From assembly GCA_001938485.1 (NCBI GenBank), contig MQRK01243125.1, positions 1 through 64,000 on the forward strand: a stretch of DNA of 64,000 nucleotides. Reading direction: 5' to 3'. Shown in pieces: positions 1-13,105 of this stretch. A program made the position numbers and the translations under genes. Origin of the DNA: Girardia tigrina (lineage: Eukaryota). The notes beneath the pieces are model-generated. The model saw nothing but the letters and a program-made list of their open reading frames with translations. It was not told where the DNA came from and made no database searches. How positions within the stretch are numbered: the stretch's first letter is position 1; every line of letters begins with the position of its first letter.

Positions 1-34
<34 letters not shown>
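1..34. repeat. (TA)n microsatellite; others at ~1939, 25199, 26627, 27863, 40853, 42688, 42887, 54487, 57472, 63097
   Basis: Seen directly. Confidence 0.95.
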
Positions 35-35
<1 letters not shown>

Positions 36-1138
36 ATGAAAAAAAGATTCTCAACGAAGTATTAAAAAAACAGAATTGTGTCACAAAGAAATAAGGACAG
101 CTAAGAACAATTAAGTTTCTTTTTTAATCTTTAACTACTATCTATAAATTAACTGGAAGTTCGGGGAAGAATATAAGATCATATAACTTATATCGAGTTG
201 TATCTGTGAATGAAGATTTGTGGAGAAATGACAGTGTTTTTTTAATTGATATGAAAAACGATGTTTCTATGGAGGTCGCACCTTTCAGCGTGTTACAATA
301 AAAACAATCAACAATTATAAATACAAAAAAATTATAAAGAACAGATAAAAAAACTTTCAAGATAAAAGTAGATTTCTGAAGTCTTAAAAGTTATCTTCAT
401 TTTAAAATATGTAGTTCGATTTGTTCGAAAAACAAATGTTTATTTAAGCCTATTCAAAGATGATTATATCTTTTCCAAAGAGATTGTTTACTTTTTTATT
501 TTTTTTCAGTACATTCAGGATGTTTACAACAAAAAATATATGAGTAGCTATAATATAAGTTAAGTCTGAAACATTTGAAATAATGTTTAAAAATATAAAT
601 ATTAATAAAAAATATTTAAATTTTCAAAGTCAAATCCGTTATGTTACAAATGGAAAAGAACGCATTTTCATATGTAAAAAAGAAGTAAATATCTCAATTG
701 ACAAATTTATAAATTTACAAAAAATAAAATTTGGCCATATTAAGTTCACCCTGTATGATGAAGCGTCATTAATATATAATTTTAATGTCAATTATAATAA
801 ATATAATAAATTTTTCTTTTCTTCATCATAATTGCAATAAATCCATTTACTTCGATTTTTTTGGAATTATTCTCTTTTTCAGACTTAATCAATTTTTTGA
901 AAATAAAAATCTGATAAATAAATAGAATATTTTTTTCACAACAGATTATTTTTTGTGTCTTAAAAAAACTTAAAAAAAATAATGTTTTGAATGTTATTGA
1001 AGAAAATAATTAAAAAATAATTTACTCTTATCAAGTTGTTTGATATAAAATATTTGCTAAAAATTAATTTAATCTTTTAGAAATTATTACAAAAACCTTT
1101 TTTATGAAAAGGATTTGAAATTTTTTAATAATTAACTA

Positions 1139-1882
1139 TTGGGTTGGCCAAAAAGTCATTGCCTTTTTGAGTACGTCCTAATAAAAAGCTTGAAAATATA
1201 AAACAATGTGATAAAATTTAAATTCAATTATATATTCTGAAAGCTTAATTTTCAGACTATGTTTATACAAAATATTAATTGATTTTGTTTTAATTTATTA
1301 CTTTACCGTCAATTCGAAATGGAAAATCAAAATGAGCATAATCGTCCTGTTTTGTTGCATTATTTTCGCAAAGGAAAACCGCTGTGCAAGCTCATAAGAA
1401 GATATATTTTGTATATGGTTGTGACTCCTTAAAACTTCGACAGTGTCAATACTGGTTTTCTAAATTTCGTTCTGAAAAATTTTATCTGAAAGATGCACGG
1501 TCGACCAGTTGAAGTTGATGGTGATAAAATAACAGCACTGATCAAATCTAATCCACATATGACGACAAGAGAAGTTGCAGAGACTAGAAATATCAAAATC
1601 AAGTGTTGGAAGTCATTTAAAGAAACTTGGATTCGTCAGTAAACTCGATATGTGGTTACAACATTAACTGAAAGAAATTCATTTGATGAAACGTATAGAC
1701 ATTTGCAATTCCCTTTTGAAACGAGAACAAATTGATCCATTTTTGAAGCGCTTGATTATGAGGGACAAAAATGGATTGTTTACAACAATGTGGAACGCCG
1801 ACGATCATGGACAAAACGTGGTGAGCCTGCCAAAACGATCCCAAAAGCAGAAATTCACCAAAAGAAGGTTATGCTTTCCGTC
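1139..1882 (+). mobile_element. mariner (mellifera-subfamily-like) 5' part, decayed transposase, cut by assembly gap
   Basis: TA + TIR TTGGGTTGGCCAAAAAGTCATTGC at 1139. ATG 1319 MENQNEH...HYFRKGK, degenerate WVPHEL (WLQH*L), DPFLKRLI, KAEIHQKKVMLSV; multiple frameshifts. Confidence 0.9.
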
Positions 1883-1938
1883 NNNNNNNNNNNNNNNNNN
1901 NNNNNNNNNNNNNNNNNNNNNNNNNNNNNNNNNNNNNN

Positions 1939-1989
<51 letters not shown>

Positions 1990-2099
1990 TAGAAATTCGT
2001 TTACAATTTTAAAACCTTACTGCAAACATTTATTACTTTTAAAAAATAATTTTTCAAGTCTTTTCTTAACAATATGTCACTTTTTTCAATATGGTTAAT

Positions 2100-2364
2100 C
2101 GAAAGAGTAAGTCTACTCAACCAAACGTAGAAATTCTGAAGAATGTGAAGGGCCAATGCAGGAAGTTATTGCTTTCATTCAGTAAGAATTTCTCAAATTC
2201 CTGGTCAATTTGAGAAACTGATAGCGAATGATGGGGCTTATATTGAATTTTAAATAAAGTCCAGGCTAAATAATTTCTTTTTAATATTTATTAAATGTAT
2301 AAATTAAATTTAAACTACAAATTACAGTTATTTTATAATAATGAGTTACTTTTCAATCACCATG
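2100..2364 (+). mobile_element. Tc1/mariner 3' remnant
   Basis: C-terminal ...KLIANDGAYIEF* typical of Tc1/mariner transposase ends; terminus ...CAATCACCATG followed by TA. Confidence 0.45.
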
Positions 2365-2927
2365 TACAGTTATAAAATATCACATTCTCGTACCAAGAAA
2401 ATATCTGATCAATTCCAAAGGATTTATTAACGATATAAATTATTATTAAAATTAAAGTATTAAATTAATCGAAAATACAAGTGAAACAAAATCCAAAGTC
2501 ATATAAATATTTATTCTAGTATAAATATATTATTATTTTATTTTATTTATTTTTTAAATTGCCTAATAAAGATACAATAAAGTAATGTTTATTGGGGTCC
2601 CTCAGCAATTTCTGGGCGGTACACATTCAAAGATTGATATCAATTTAGGAAGGATACTTCCCGTCAATGGGATTTTAATCTTTTAATTATCAATGTAATT
2701 ATTTTAGTGATAAATTAAAATTTTGTTTTTCATGTTATAAATTATTGCGTATATTTTCATAGCATAAATATAATATTAATTAAAATATATCAAAGCAATT
2801 TTATTTAGAAAATAATAATAATGGTAATTTGTAATTCATTAAAATTAATTGAAATATTTTGTTTTAGGTAATTAATATTAGTATTTTATGAAAACAATTT
2901 ACAGATAAATCTTTTTTAAAACATTTA

Positions 2928-3862
2928 TTAGGTTGTTCGATATGAAACGGGTCAAAATTAAAGTAAAATGTAAATCGATTTTTTTTAAATAATAACATTT
3001 TATTTTTAATCAAAATATCCCCCCATGTTGTCAACACACTGTTGCCATTTCAATGGTAACACATTTAACCCTTTAGTATAAAACACTGAATCACGAGAGT
3101 CAATGAATTCTTGAAAGGCCGNNNNNNNNNNNNNNNNNNNNNNNNNNNNNNNNNNNNNNNNNNNNNNNNNNNNNNNNNNNNNNNNNNNNNNNNNNNNNNN
3201 NNNNNNNNNNNNNNNNNNNNNNNNNNNNNNNNNNNNNNNNNNNNNNNNNNNNNNNNNNNNNNNNNNNNNNNNNNNNNNNNNNNNNNNNNNNNNNNNNNNN
3301 NNNNNNNNNNNNNNNNNNNNNNNNNNNNNNNNNNNNNNNNNNNNNNNNNNNNNNNNNNNNNNNNNNNNNNNNNNNNNNNNNNNNNNNNNNNNNNNNNNNN
3401 NNNNNNNNNNNNNNNNNNNNNNNNNNNNNNNNNNNNNNNNNNNNNNNNNNNNNNNNNNNNNNNNNNNNNNNNNNNNNNNNNNNNNNNNNNNNNNNNNNNN
3501 NNNNNNNNNNNNNNNNNNNNNNNNNNNNNNNNNNNNNNNNNNNNNNNNNNNNNNNNNNNNNNNNNNNNNNNNNNNNNNNNNNNNNNNNNNNNNNNNNNNN
3601 NNNNNNNNNNNNNNNNNNNNNNNNNNNNNNNNNNNNNNNNNNNNNNNNNNNNNNNNNNNNNNNNNNNNNNNNNNNNNNNNNNNNNNNNNNNNNNNNNNNN
3701 NNNNNNNNNNNNNNNNNNNNNNNNNNNNNNNNNNNNNNNNNNNNNNNNNATATATCTGTCAAGAAATACCTTATTTATTTTCATACGATAGTTCAAAGTT
3801 AAGTTATACGCGATTGAAATGTAAGGTGTGAAGTTTGACCCGTTTCATATCGAACAACCTAA
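2928..3862 (-). mobile_element. mariner, Dtmar1-like, copy 1 (interior in N gap)
   Basis: Perfect TIRs TTAGGTTGTTCGATATGAAACGGGTCAAA / TTTGACCCGTTTCATATCGAACAACCTAA, TA on both sides. Minus strand encodes AFQEFIDSRDSVFYTKGLNVLPLKWQQCVDNMGGYFD*. Confidence 0.93.
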
Positions 3863-5139
3863 TAACAGCATAAAAAAAACGTTTGAAACTCGATTGTCTG
3901 ACGAATCTTTAATGCATCGAAAAAGTGAAAAGGAATTCTCTTTGTGAGTTATATAAATATAATATATCGTATACGTTGAAGTAATACAAATTTACAAATT
4001 TAGATTTAAATTAAAAATTTGTAATTATTTGAAAAATCAAAATCGAAATTCCTTAAAAGAACAAAAAGTTTTCCTTTGAAATTAATAAAGTTGTAAGCAC
4101 CATTTGAATTCATAAAAATTTGTACCCTCCATGAAAATCGTCTCCTAACAAAAACGTCTCCGGAAGAACTTATCATGGAAGTTTCTGTTTAAAATCTTTT
4201 TAACATTTACCGGTGAAGATATTCTTTCTTTAGTTATCAAAAAATTTATTATTTTGCAGATTTTTTCTTATTTAGCAACTTATAGAAAACTTAACTTAGA
4301 TGTTTTAATTACCAAATGATCAACAGTAAATTCAGTAAATTTAATAAAAATCAGTAGATTATTAAAATATTTTATAGTTGAATTTATTATGTCTGGAGCG
4401 GAGAATTGCCGATTTGACCGAAAATTTTGGCAGTTTCAAGGAAAATTCAAAAATAAAATATAAATAAAAATATAATTAAATTAATAAATAAAATAATTTT
4501 AAAAATCCTTTAATTAAATAAATAAAGTAATTAAATAATTAAATGAAAACTAATTTAAATTAAATTAAGAAATTAAATAACTTTAAAAAATTAATCAATC
4601 AATAAATAACAAAACAAATTAAATAAATGAATCAACAAAATATTGTTTAATGCTCAATAAAATGAATAAGAATCTTTATCTATCGAATCGCCGTTGTTTT
4701 TTATCTAATTTTAATGCGAATTTTGTGGAATCATTCGAATTATATTCCATACAAAGAAATCGAATTTGGAAATATAGTTAATTAAATGGTGAGCCTCCTT
4801 TTTTTAATTAACTTTCTCTGATAATTATCTTTGTATGTTTCTGTTTAATGTATTTCTTTGTGATTGGAGTAATTACGTGTTTGTGTGTATGAATGTAATT
4901 TGTATGAATGTTAAAAAATAAGTGGTTGAGTGTGTGTTGTGTGTGTGTTAAATTTGAAAATGTGAATTATTGTCACAATTAAAAATTTCAATTCAAAACA
5001 ATAAAAAAAAATTAGTTCGTTTTTGTTTACTTCTCTATTCAAAATTTAAATTTTTCCAGCAATTTGTGAAATTAAAAAACTGTGAAGGGAAAATTAAAAG
5101 AATTGTCTCAATAAATTAGCGTGGATTTGAATTTGTTTT

Positions 5140-5687
5140 ATGAAAAAATTTGAATATTCGTTAAAAATAAAACTTTGCAACTTTTTTCCTCAACGATTAA
5201 AATTACGATTGATAAAAATGTGCGCGTTGAAATACTTTCATATGACTATTGTGCGACATTTAAAAAATTCAAAGGAACAAAAAGAATTGCTAGTAAAAAT
5301 TGCTAATTTATGTATGCAACAATATACCAATGACTGTAATAATAATTTGGACGACCAAATATATTTTCAATATATCTTCACGAAATCTTTATGTTATTAT
5401 TTCCTGCCCAATTTAAATGAATTCCAGCTTCTCAATTTGTTCGTAGATTTGATTCACAAAAGGGGAGATGCAAAAAAAAATTTTATGCGGTCATTTTGGA
5501 GAAAGACCATATTAGAGTCATTGAGAATAAATCGATCGAAACTAAGATATTTCTGAGAAATTCATTTAATCAGTCGAGGACCATGAGAAAGTCCAGAAAA
5601 ATAGTGGAGACACGGTTTCCTGTCCAATATCAGTACCCCGATAAACGCGAGACGTCAAAACCGCTATTTGCATATAAAACTAATTAA
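5140..5687 (+). pseudogene. intronless ORF of unknown function, probably split by a frameshift in an A-run near 5472-5480
   Basis: 138-aa ORF overlapped by a 63-aa ORF in the next frame, with the junction at an A9 run; AATAAA at 5701; no recognisable domain. Confidence 0.35.
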
Positions 5688-5965
5688 AAATTTCGTTGTT
5701 AATAAAAACATATATTCTTTAAATAAGACTATGATAAATTAAGTACAAAAAGATAAATTTAATAAATGTATTACAAATATGTTTATTTCTAAAATACATT
5801 AATTCGTTTATAATTAAAATTATAATATCATTAATGCCTGGATTGTGGAAGAAGAGGGACAGCAGTAACCCCTAAAGGAAATATATTAATAAAAATAAAG
5901 GTAAAACTTTATAACACTAAAAAATTCATTTTCGCGCATTTGTTGGTTCACCTATTATATTATTT

Positions 5966-6223
5966 GGGGCCGTCCATAAAGAGCGTCACACAGGAAGTGG
6001 TAGAGGGTGTAGAATTTTGTGACGAAATGTGACGTGAGCGGGAGAGGGGGTTTAGGAAAAATGACGTCAAATCAAATACTGAAGTATTTAGTAAAAGAAT
6101 TCTGTGACAAAGTGTGGCGAGGGAGGAAGGGGGGTCAGGCTTTTTATGACGAAATGGGACGAAGTGGAGGGGATGGGGTTGGAAATCTGCCAAAATTGCC
6201 TTACGTCATTTATGGACAAGCCC
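5966..6223. mobile_element. MITE with GGGGCCGTCCATAAA-type TIRs (Zator/PIF-like non-autonomous element)
   Basis: GGGGCCGTCCATAAAGAGCGT ... ACGTCATTTATGGACAAGCCC inverted termini; G-rich interior with repeated TGTGACG/TGACGT motifs. Confidence 0.7.
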
Positions 6224-7750
6224 TTTTCAAAAAAATTAATACGTGCTTGAAATACTTTAATATGATTGATTGAATCACCTTGCACATTTTTAGTTTAGAT
6301 TCATGCAAGAATCCTTTCATAATGTTTGTCTTGATTATTTAAATCAACTTAAAAAAATTTACCTAGCCTATCTGGATACTTGCTTTTACGGACCAAAATC
6401 GACATATTTGTTCTCAATGGAATATGTTTAGTAATTTAATAGTACTAAAATGACAAGCTACAAATCATTTTATAACAATGAATTAATTTCTTAGTACTTA
6501 AATATTTAGTAAAAATACATTACACGTGAATTATTTGTAAAATGCTTTTTAATTATTGTATAATCGCGTATAATGTGTTAATTTAATACATGGTGTAGAT
6601 TGACCTGATAATGGGATTTTTATCTTAAAACGTTTTGTCTTATTATATATATATATATATATTAGAAAAATTTTTTTCAGTTTCAGATATATAAAAGTAA
6701 ATTGTTTTCTATCTGAAAAATGGAAAATTAAATTTTCCAAAAAGACTGAAGTGAAAATTATCATATAATTTCACCGAATGCGTCTGACTCGCAATGTCGG
6801 TCATTTTTGTAAGACTGTTGCATGCAAGATTTATGATTCGATCTGGACTAAAACGTCAGTGTCAAAAAATTGGCAATAATTCCTAGGAGACAGAATCCAG
6901 TATTGCAGTAGTGTTAAACCGACATTTTAATGGGACCATGTGTGTTTAATGACGAGGGGGGCCTTTACTCGCCGTAAATACCCGTGATAATATTCTGCTA
7001 ATTTTAATTATTAGCAATTATCAAACAATTGTAGCTAGGATTTTTGATATTATATTTCCTCATTTTGACGATTTTCGGATTTTAAATCATTAAATAGCGG
7101 TAAATTTGATTTATTGGTGGTTTGTAAATTTAATACAATTTTTTTAATATTCGGTAATATTCTCATTTAATTAAGGGTTTAAAAAGCTATGAAATTTTAT
7201 ATTTATATGAGGAAATTTAATCCTTGAGATTCCTAATCGACTAAATGTGTGGTATTTTTTATTTGAAAAAGATTATTTTATAGGGAAATTAAATTAGAAT
7301 TTGTTTTACAATAATAAAAATATCTGATTAAATAGGTTCATTTATTCACAAACGTAAATATTTGAAAAAATAATTTATACATGAAACACTCGTAATAATT
7401 TAAATCATGTATTCTGAAAATTGCAAATAATTATTTATTAATTTTTGCTAAACGTCTAGGTTGAATTATTTTGGATAGAGTTATTGAAAGTAGAAATATT
7501 TATAAAATTTGAATTTTTGGTTCTAAAATATTTACTGAAGGAATATTATTATTATGTATGATGATTTCGTGTAACTTAGATTTTAAAATGATGGACATTA
7601 AAAAACATTTAAAATATACTGTGAACAAGTTTTGGAATGGTATCTATTTGCAGTATGTGAGAGATGGTTGCAACATCGATATTCGAGTTAATTTTTTTAA
7701 TACCAAAATTTATTTATATAACAATTCACATATTTAAAACAAATTTTCCT

Positions 7751-8223
7751 GTTAATTTAATTATCTCGCCACAAATTAATCTATTAATTTTTTTTCCATT
7801 CAATTTTTAAAATCCTGAAAATTTATTTCAAAAATTATTTAAAATTTATTTTCAAAATTTATTTAAAATTGCTTATTAAAAATATTCTTCTTTATAAATA
7901 AATATTTAATATTTTATAGTTTTCTTAACATTTTTAATTTTAAGATATTTAATAGATACATTAAAAAGATATTTTTTATTTTTAAATAGATATTTATTTT
8001 TTTATAATTTTCTTTTATTATATCATTTTTAATTTTTTTAAAATATTTAAAAACACATTAAAAAATATTTTATTTTTAAAAACATTTTTTATTTTTTAAT
8101 AGTTGTTTTATTATATCATTTTTAATTTTCAAATATTGAATAAGCATATTAACATTAAAATATTTTACCCTTTAAATTAAAAAAATAATAAATTAATCTG
8201 GCGAGATAAAAATTTAAATTAAC
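7751..8223. repeat. AT-rich MITE-like foldback
   Basis: TTATCTCGCCA (7761) versus TGGCGAGATAA (8199) plus flanking GTTAATTTAA/TTAAATTAAC; internal direct repeats. Confidence 0.45.
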
Positions 8224-8301
8224 CCCTCATATTTTATATTCATCTTTTTGACTCAATATTTACAGTGCGTTTCATATTATTAAAAACAGTAATCCATTAT
8301 A

Positions 8302-9623
8302 TTAGGTTGTTCGATATGAAACGGGTCAAAATTAAAGTAAAATGTAAATCGATTTTTTTTAAATAATAACATTTTATTTTTAATCAAAATATCCCCCCAT
8401 GTTGTCAACACNNNNNNNNNNNNNNNNNNNNNNNNNNNNNNNNNNNNNNNNNNNNNNNNNNNNNNNNNNNNNNNNNNNNNNNNNNNNNNNNNNNNNNNNN
8501 NNNNNNNNNNNNNNNNNNNNNNNNNNNNNNNNNNNNNNNNNNNNNNNNNNNNNNNNNNNNNNNNNNNNNNNNNNNNNNNNNNNNNNNNNNNNNNNNNNNN
8601 NNNNNNNNNNNNNNNNNNNNNNNNNNNNNNNNNNNNNNNNNNNNNNNNNNNNNNNNNNNNNNNNNNNNNNNNNNNNNNNNNNNNNNNNNNNNNNNNNNNN
8701 NNNNNNNNNNNNNNNNNNNNNNNNNNNNNNNNNNNNNNNNNNNNNNNNNNNNNNNNNNNNNNNNNNNNNNNNNNNNNNNNNNNNNNNNNNNNNNNNNNNN
8801 NNNNNNNNNNNNNNNNNNNNNNNNNNNNNNNNNNNNNNNNNNNNNNNNNNNNNNNNNNNNNNNNNNNNNNNNNNNNNNNNNNNNNNNNNNNNNNNNNNNN
8901 NNNNNNNNNNNNNNNNNNNNNNNNNNNNNNNNNNNNNNNNNNNNNNNNNNNNNNNNNNNNNNNNNNNNNNNNNNNNNNNNNNNNNNNNNNNNNNNNNNNN
9001 NNNNNNNNNNNNNNNNNNNNNNNNNNNNNNNNNNNNNNNNNNNNNNNNNNNNNNNNNNNNNNNNNNNNNNNNNNNNNNNNNNNNNNNNNNNNNNNNNNNN
9101 NNNNNNNNNNNNNNNNNNNNNNNNNNNNNNNNNNNNNNNNNNNNNNNNNNNNNNNNNNNNNNNNNNNNNNNNNNNNNNNNNNNNNNNNNNNNNNNNNNNN
9201 NNNNNNNNNNNNNNNNNNNNNNNNNNNNNNNNNNNNNNNNNNNNNNNNNNNNNNNNNNNNNNNNNNNNNNNNNNNNNNNNNNNNNNNNNNNNNNNNNNNN
9301 NNNNNNNNNNNNNNNNNNNNNNNNNNNNNNNNNNNNNNNNNNNNNNNNNNTTGATATTTCCAACTGCCTGACGTGTTGTGGCTCCACGGTGGAACTCATA
9401 TTTCATTAAAATTCTGATTTCACTGATTTCCATTGCGCTGTTTGATTGTTTGTTGACAAGACACTATTCAATATATTTGAAATTAAATAATTGATTTTTA
9501 AAGAGGAATAATATATCTGTCAAGAAATACCTTATTTATTTTCATACGATAGTTCAAAGTTAAGTTATACGCGATTGAAATGTAAGGTGTGAAGTTTGAC
9601 CCGTTTCATATCGAACAACCTAA
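8302..9623 (-). mobile_element. mariner, Dtmar1-like, copy 2 (full length ~1.32 kb; transposase 9433->8380, interior in N gap)
   Basis: Same perfect TIRs and TA TSD as copy 1; N-term MEISEIRILMKYEFHRGATTRQAVGNI, C-term VDNMGGYFD*; visible sequence nearly identical to copy 1. Confidence 0.95.
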
Positions 9624-9749
9624 TAGTTCTACTTGCATGTTAATTCATTAAATACAAATGAATGTTATAGATAGCTATCCTTGAATTATTTATTTGATTT
9701 TTTTAATAATTCAGTTTTTTCATTATTTAATCGACATTTTGTTTACTTT

Positions 9750-10880
9750 AGACATAGCGAAAAAGTGTGATTTATCGATGAATTGCTGCTAAATGCAATG
9801 TTTTAATGGCTAGTGTCAGCCGAATAGGGATATTAAAAAATGAACATGGTAATGCATCACCTAAAATTGGAAAAATGTCTCTGCTTCATCCATAGTTTCA
9901 AGCTGATGTCAACATTTACTAGCATCAAGAATCAATGTTATCAATAAAAAAGTTTGGAGAAGTGTTAAAGGGGCAGGTTACAAATCAGTAAAACGCCGTC
10001 TCATGCTTCTGTTGACATTAGCCATAAGGAAGAAGAGGTTAGCTTTTGCCAAGCGATTCCGAATGGGGTCAGTTACTGATTAGAACAAATTGACATTCAC
10101 TGACGAATCCTGCTTTGAATTTGGTGGTGAATGTGCTAAGAAAGTTTGGGTGACTCTTGTTTCCCCTCAACCACTTATTCAAAGAGTGAAAATTCCTCAA
10201 AAGGTAATGTTATGTAATGGTGTAGGGAATAATGAGTTCGTTTGGTGCAGGGAGACTTCCCGTTTGGGAAGGGATCATGAACCAGGAGAAATATTTGGAT
10301 GTGTTGAGGGACCGTTTTATACCTTAAATGAATGAATAGTTCACAGATGGAAGTGGGACATTTATGAAAGATGGAGTTCCCAGCCATATAGCAAAACAAT
10401 TCAGTTTCTTCGTCAACATTGAGTGGGATCTTTGGACTGGCTTGGAAACCGCCAGATTTAAACCCAATCGAAACTCTCTGGGCTGTTGTCAAACACAAGC
10501 TTGCTGACCTTCCTCCACTAAATACCAAGCAGAAACAAATTGTAAGTATTACTCGTACATGGAACAGCGTTTCTGTTACTGAAAACCTGATCCAAAATTG
10601 TTACCACCATGCCTAATTGAAATAAAACAGTCATTGCAGCTAAGGGTGGTCCCACTAAAATTTAGTATTTTGAAATAGACTTTGATGATTGATATTTCTG
10701 ATAAATAATATGTTCTGATGCTACCTTATTTATAAAATTTTATTTTTATCAAATAATTAAACCAACGTATTAAATAGCCATAAATATTATTAATATATTC
10801 TTATAAACATTTTTTAATAAATATTTGAGTTTCTCTCGAATATTACACCCTGAGCGCTTCATTCGAATTGTGCGCCCAGT
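9750..10880 (+). mobile_element. Tc1-like element, decayed DD34E-type transposase
   Basis: FTDESCF, FMKDGVPSH, PPDLNPIETLWAVVKHKL, VIAAKGGPTK*; boundaries approximate. Confidence 0.85.
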
Positions 10881-12142
10881 ATATGTACTATTCGAACACA
10901 AAACCTAGGCGTTTTTTCGAAGTAAGATGGTAGTGCTTCTAATAATATGAAATGCACTGTACATATATAAAAATTTTAATTTGATATATTTTTATATAGA
11001 GTATTCCATTTTCAACACGAATATTCACGCAAAACTGGAAGAACATTCATAATAGAGTTAAACAATTTTCACAATCAAACAAATTCAATATATTAACAAT
11101 CTTTAAATATTTTGAGATTTGTAATATATAATGATAATAGAAATTTTAAAGAGAGGATGGTAAAAATGTTATTAAAAACAAATATATAAAATTAATTTTT
11201 GCAATGTTTCAGTACCTGGCAGAATCGTTTGAACCAACCCCATGTATTAGACCTAGATAGTTCTAATAAACGCAAATCATAAATTTTATTTGATACTTAT
11301 AATTTTTAACTTTTACTAATGTCAATATTAAAGGACTTAATCAATGCTTTAAAATATAAATAAATATGATAAATTCATTAAAATCTCTTTGTACATTTTC
11401 TCATCATTAGGGTTTTTACAAAATTTTAAAATCTATTTTTACTCGATTTTTCCAATTTGTCAAGCAAATCATAAAATAAATTTCATCTTAATGTATTTAA
11501 TTTATGTTATATTCTTCTTATCCTTTTCGTTAAAAATTTATTTTCAATTGATTCTTAGGTAGAATCAAATATAGACCGAAGTTGGAGAACCGAAAAACAA
11601 ACTTTTTCATCAATTGTAAATCAAGAGATCTGTCGATTGTTAATGAGAATTCTATTAATATTAGTTAATGTATTTTAAACTTCTTTAAAAGAATAATAAA
11701 TATTTTATGTTCATTATTTTTTTTCGTAAAGTATTTTTTTAGTTATTTAATGTTTATTGAGTTACTTCAATTAAGATGGAATTACCTGATGATGAGAACA
11801 ATAATTTATCTAATATACGTAGTAATTTAACTTCACCGTTTACTATAGAATTTAATTGATGCTTTATGACAATCTAATAATACAGAAATAATATAATTCT
11901 CAACTATTATTAATTTGGTTCCTTAAATCGAATTTATTTAGATCATCTCACAGATTTTCTTGGAAACAAATGAGTTTTTAAAATATATGGTTAGAATTTT
12001 TCAAACCCTAAAATGAAAAGTTTTATTTAAAATTTATAGAAAAAATATACGTTGATACACAAAAATAAAAGATTTCTTTTTTGAGATGTAGCATACATAA
12101 AGTGAAATATTGCTATAAAAAACTAAGAAGAAACAATAAGTA

Positions 12143-13105
12143 TTAAGTTGTTTAAAAAATAATGTCGTTTTTTGAATGGTTCTGATTTTTGATCATGTTT
12201 TGAAATAAATCTTTTCGAAATAAATCTTTTTAATTTATATTTTATACATAATTTTAAAGCTTATGAAAAATTCTAAATTTCTATGATACTTTGTTTAAAT
12301 AATAACTTTAAAATAACGTGTTTATTTAAATAGTTGTCAATATGTAAAAAGCGCAATTACGAGCAATTTTTATATGAATTCAAACTTGACCACAAAGCAT
12401 CGGAGGCCACCAGTAATATTAACGGTGCATTGGGTAATGGCACCACAAACAAACGTATGTTACAACGTTGGATTAAAAAATTTCAAGAAGGAGATGAGAC
12501 TCTCAAAGATAATGATGGCCATAGACGGAAATCTACTATTGAAAATGAAAACTTGAAGGCTCTAGTAGAAATAAATCCACGCACAGCAGTTCGGAGCTTG
12601 CGGAGGAACTAGGTGTCACGATAGGATCAAGTCAAAAAAACTGGATAAATGGATTCCATACAAATTAAATGACAATAAAAAAATGCTTTGTTTTGAGGCA
12701 TCGTCTTCACTTCTTCTGAGGAACAAGATTGATCCGTTTCTGAACCGAATTGCAACGTCTGATGAAAAGTGGATTCTCTACGACAATCGGAGACGTTCTT
12801 CTCAATGGTTGGAGCACGATCAAGCTCCACAACCCTTTACGAGGCCGAAATAGTACCAAAAAAGATGATGGTTACTGTTTGGTGGTCTGAAGTCGGTGTT
12901 ATTCATCATAGCTTCCTAAATCCAGAAGAAACAATTACGGCAGAGAGATACTGTTAGGAAATGAACCGGAGACTCCAATAACAACAACTGAAATTAGTAA
13001 ATAAGAAGGGACGTATTCTTCTCCATGACAACGCTCGGCCACACATCGCACATCTGACAATCCGACTGTTGAACGAACTTGACTACAAAACTTTGAGTCA
13101 TCTAC
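12143..13105 (+). mobile_element. mariner (cecropia-like), 3'-truncated
   Basis: TA+TTAAGTTGTTT TIR; FLYEFKLDHKASEA, KKLDKWIPY, DPFLNRIATSDEKW, KKMMVTVWWS, LLHDNARPH. Confidence 0.9.

Noticed and set aside
3896-3930. CTGACGA...CGAAA hammerhead-like string
   Set aside because: Stem II and stem III do not pair
3065-9409. Long X-filled ORFs in the track
   Set aside because: Artefacts of N gaps; only the minus-strand mariner termini are real
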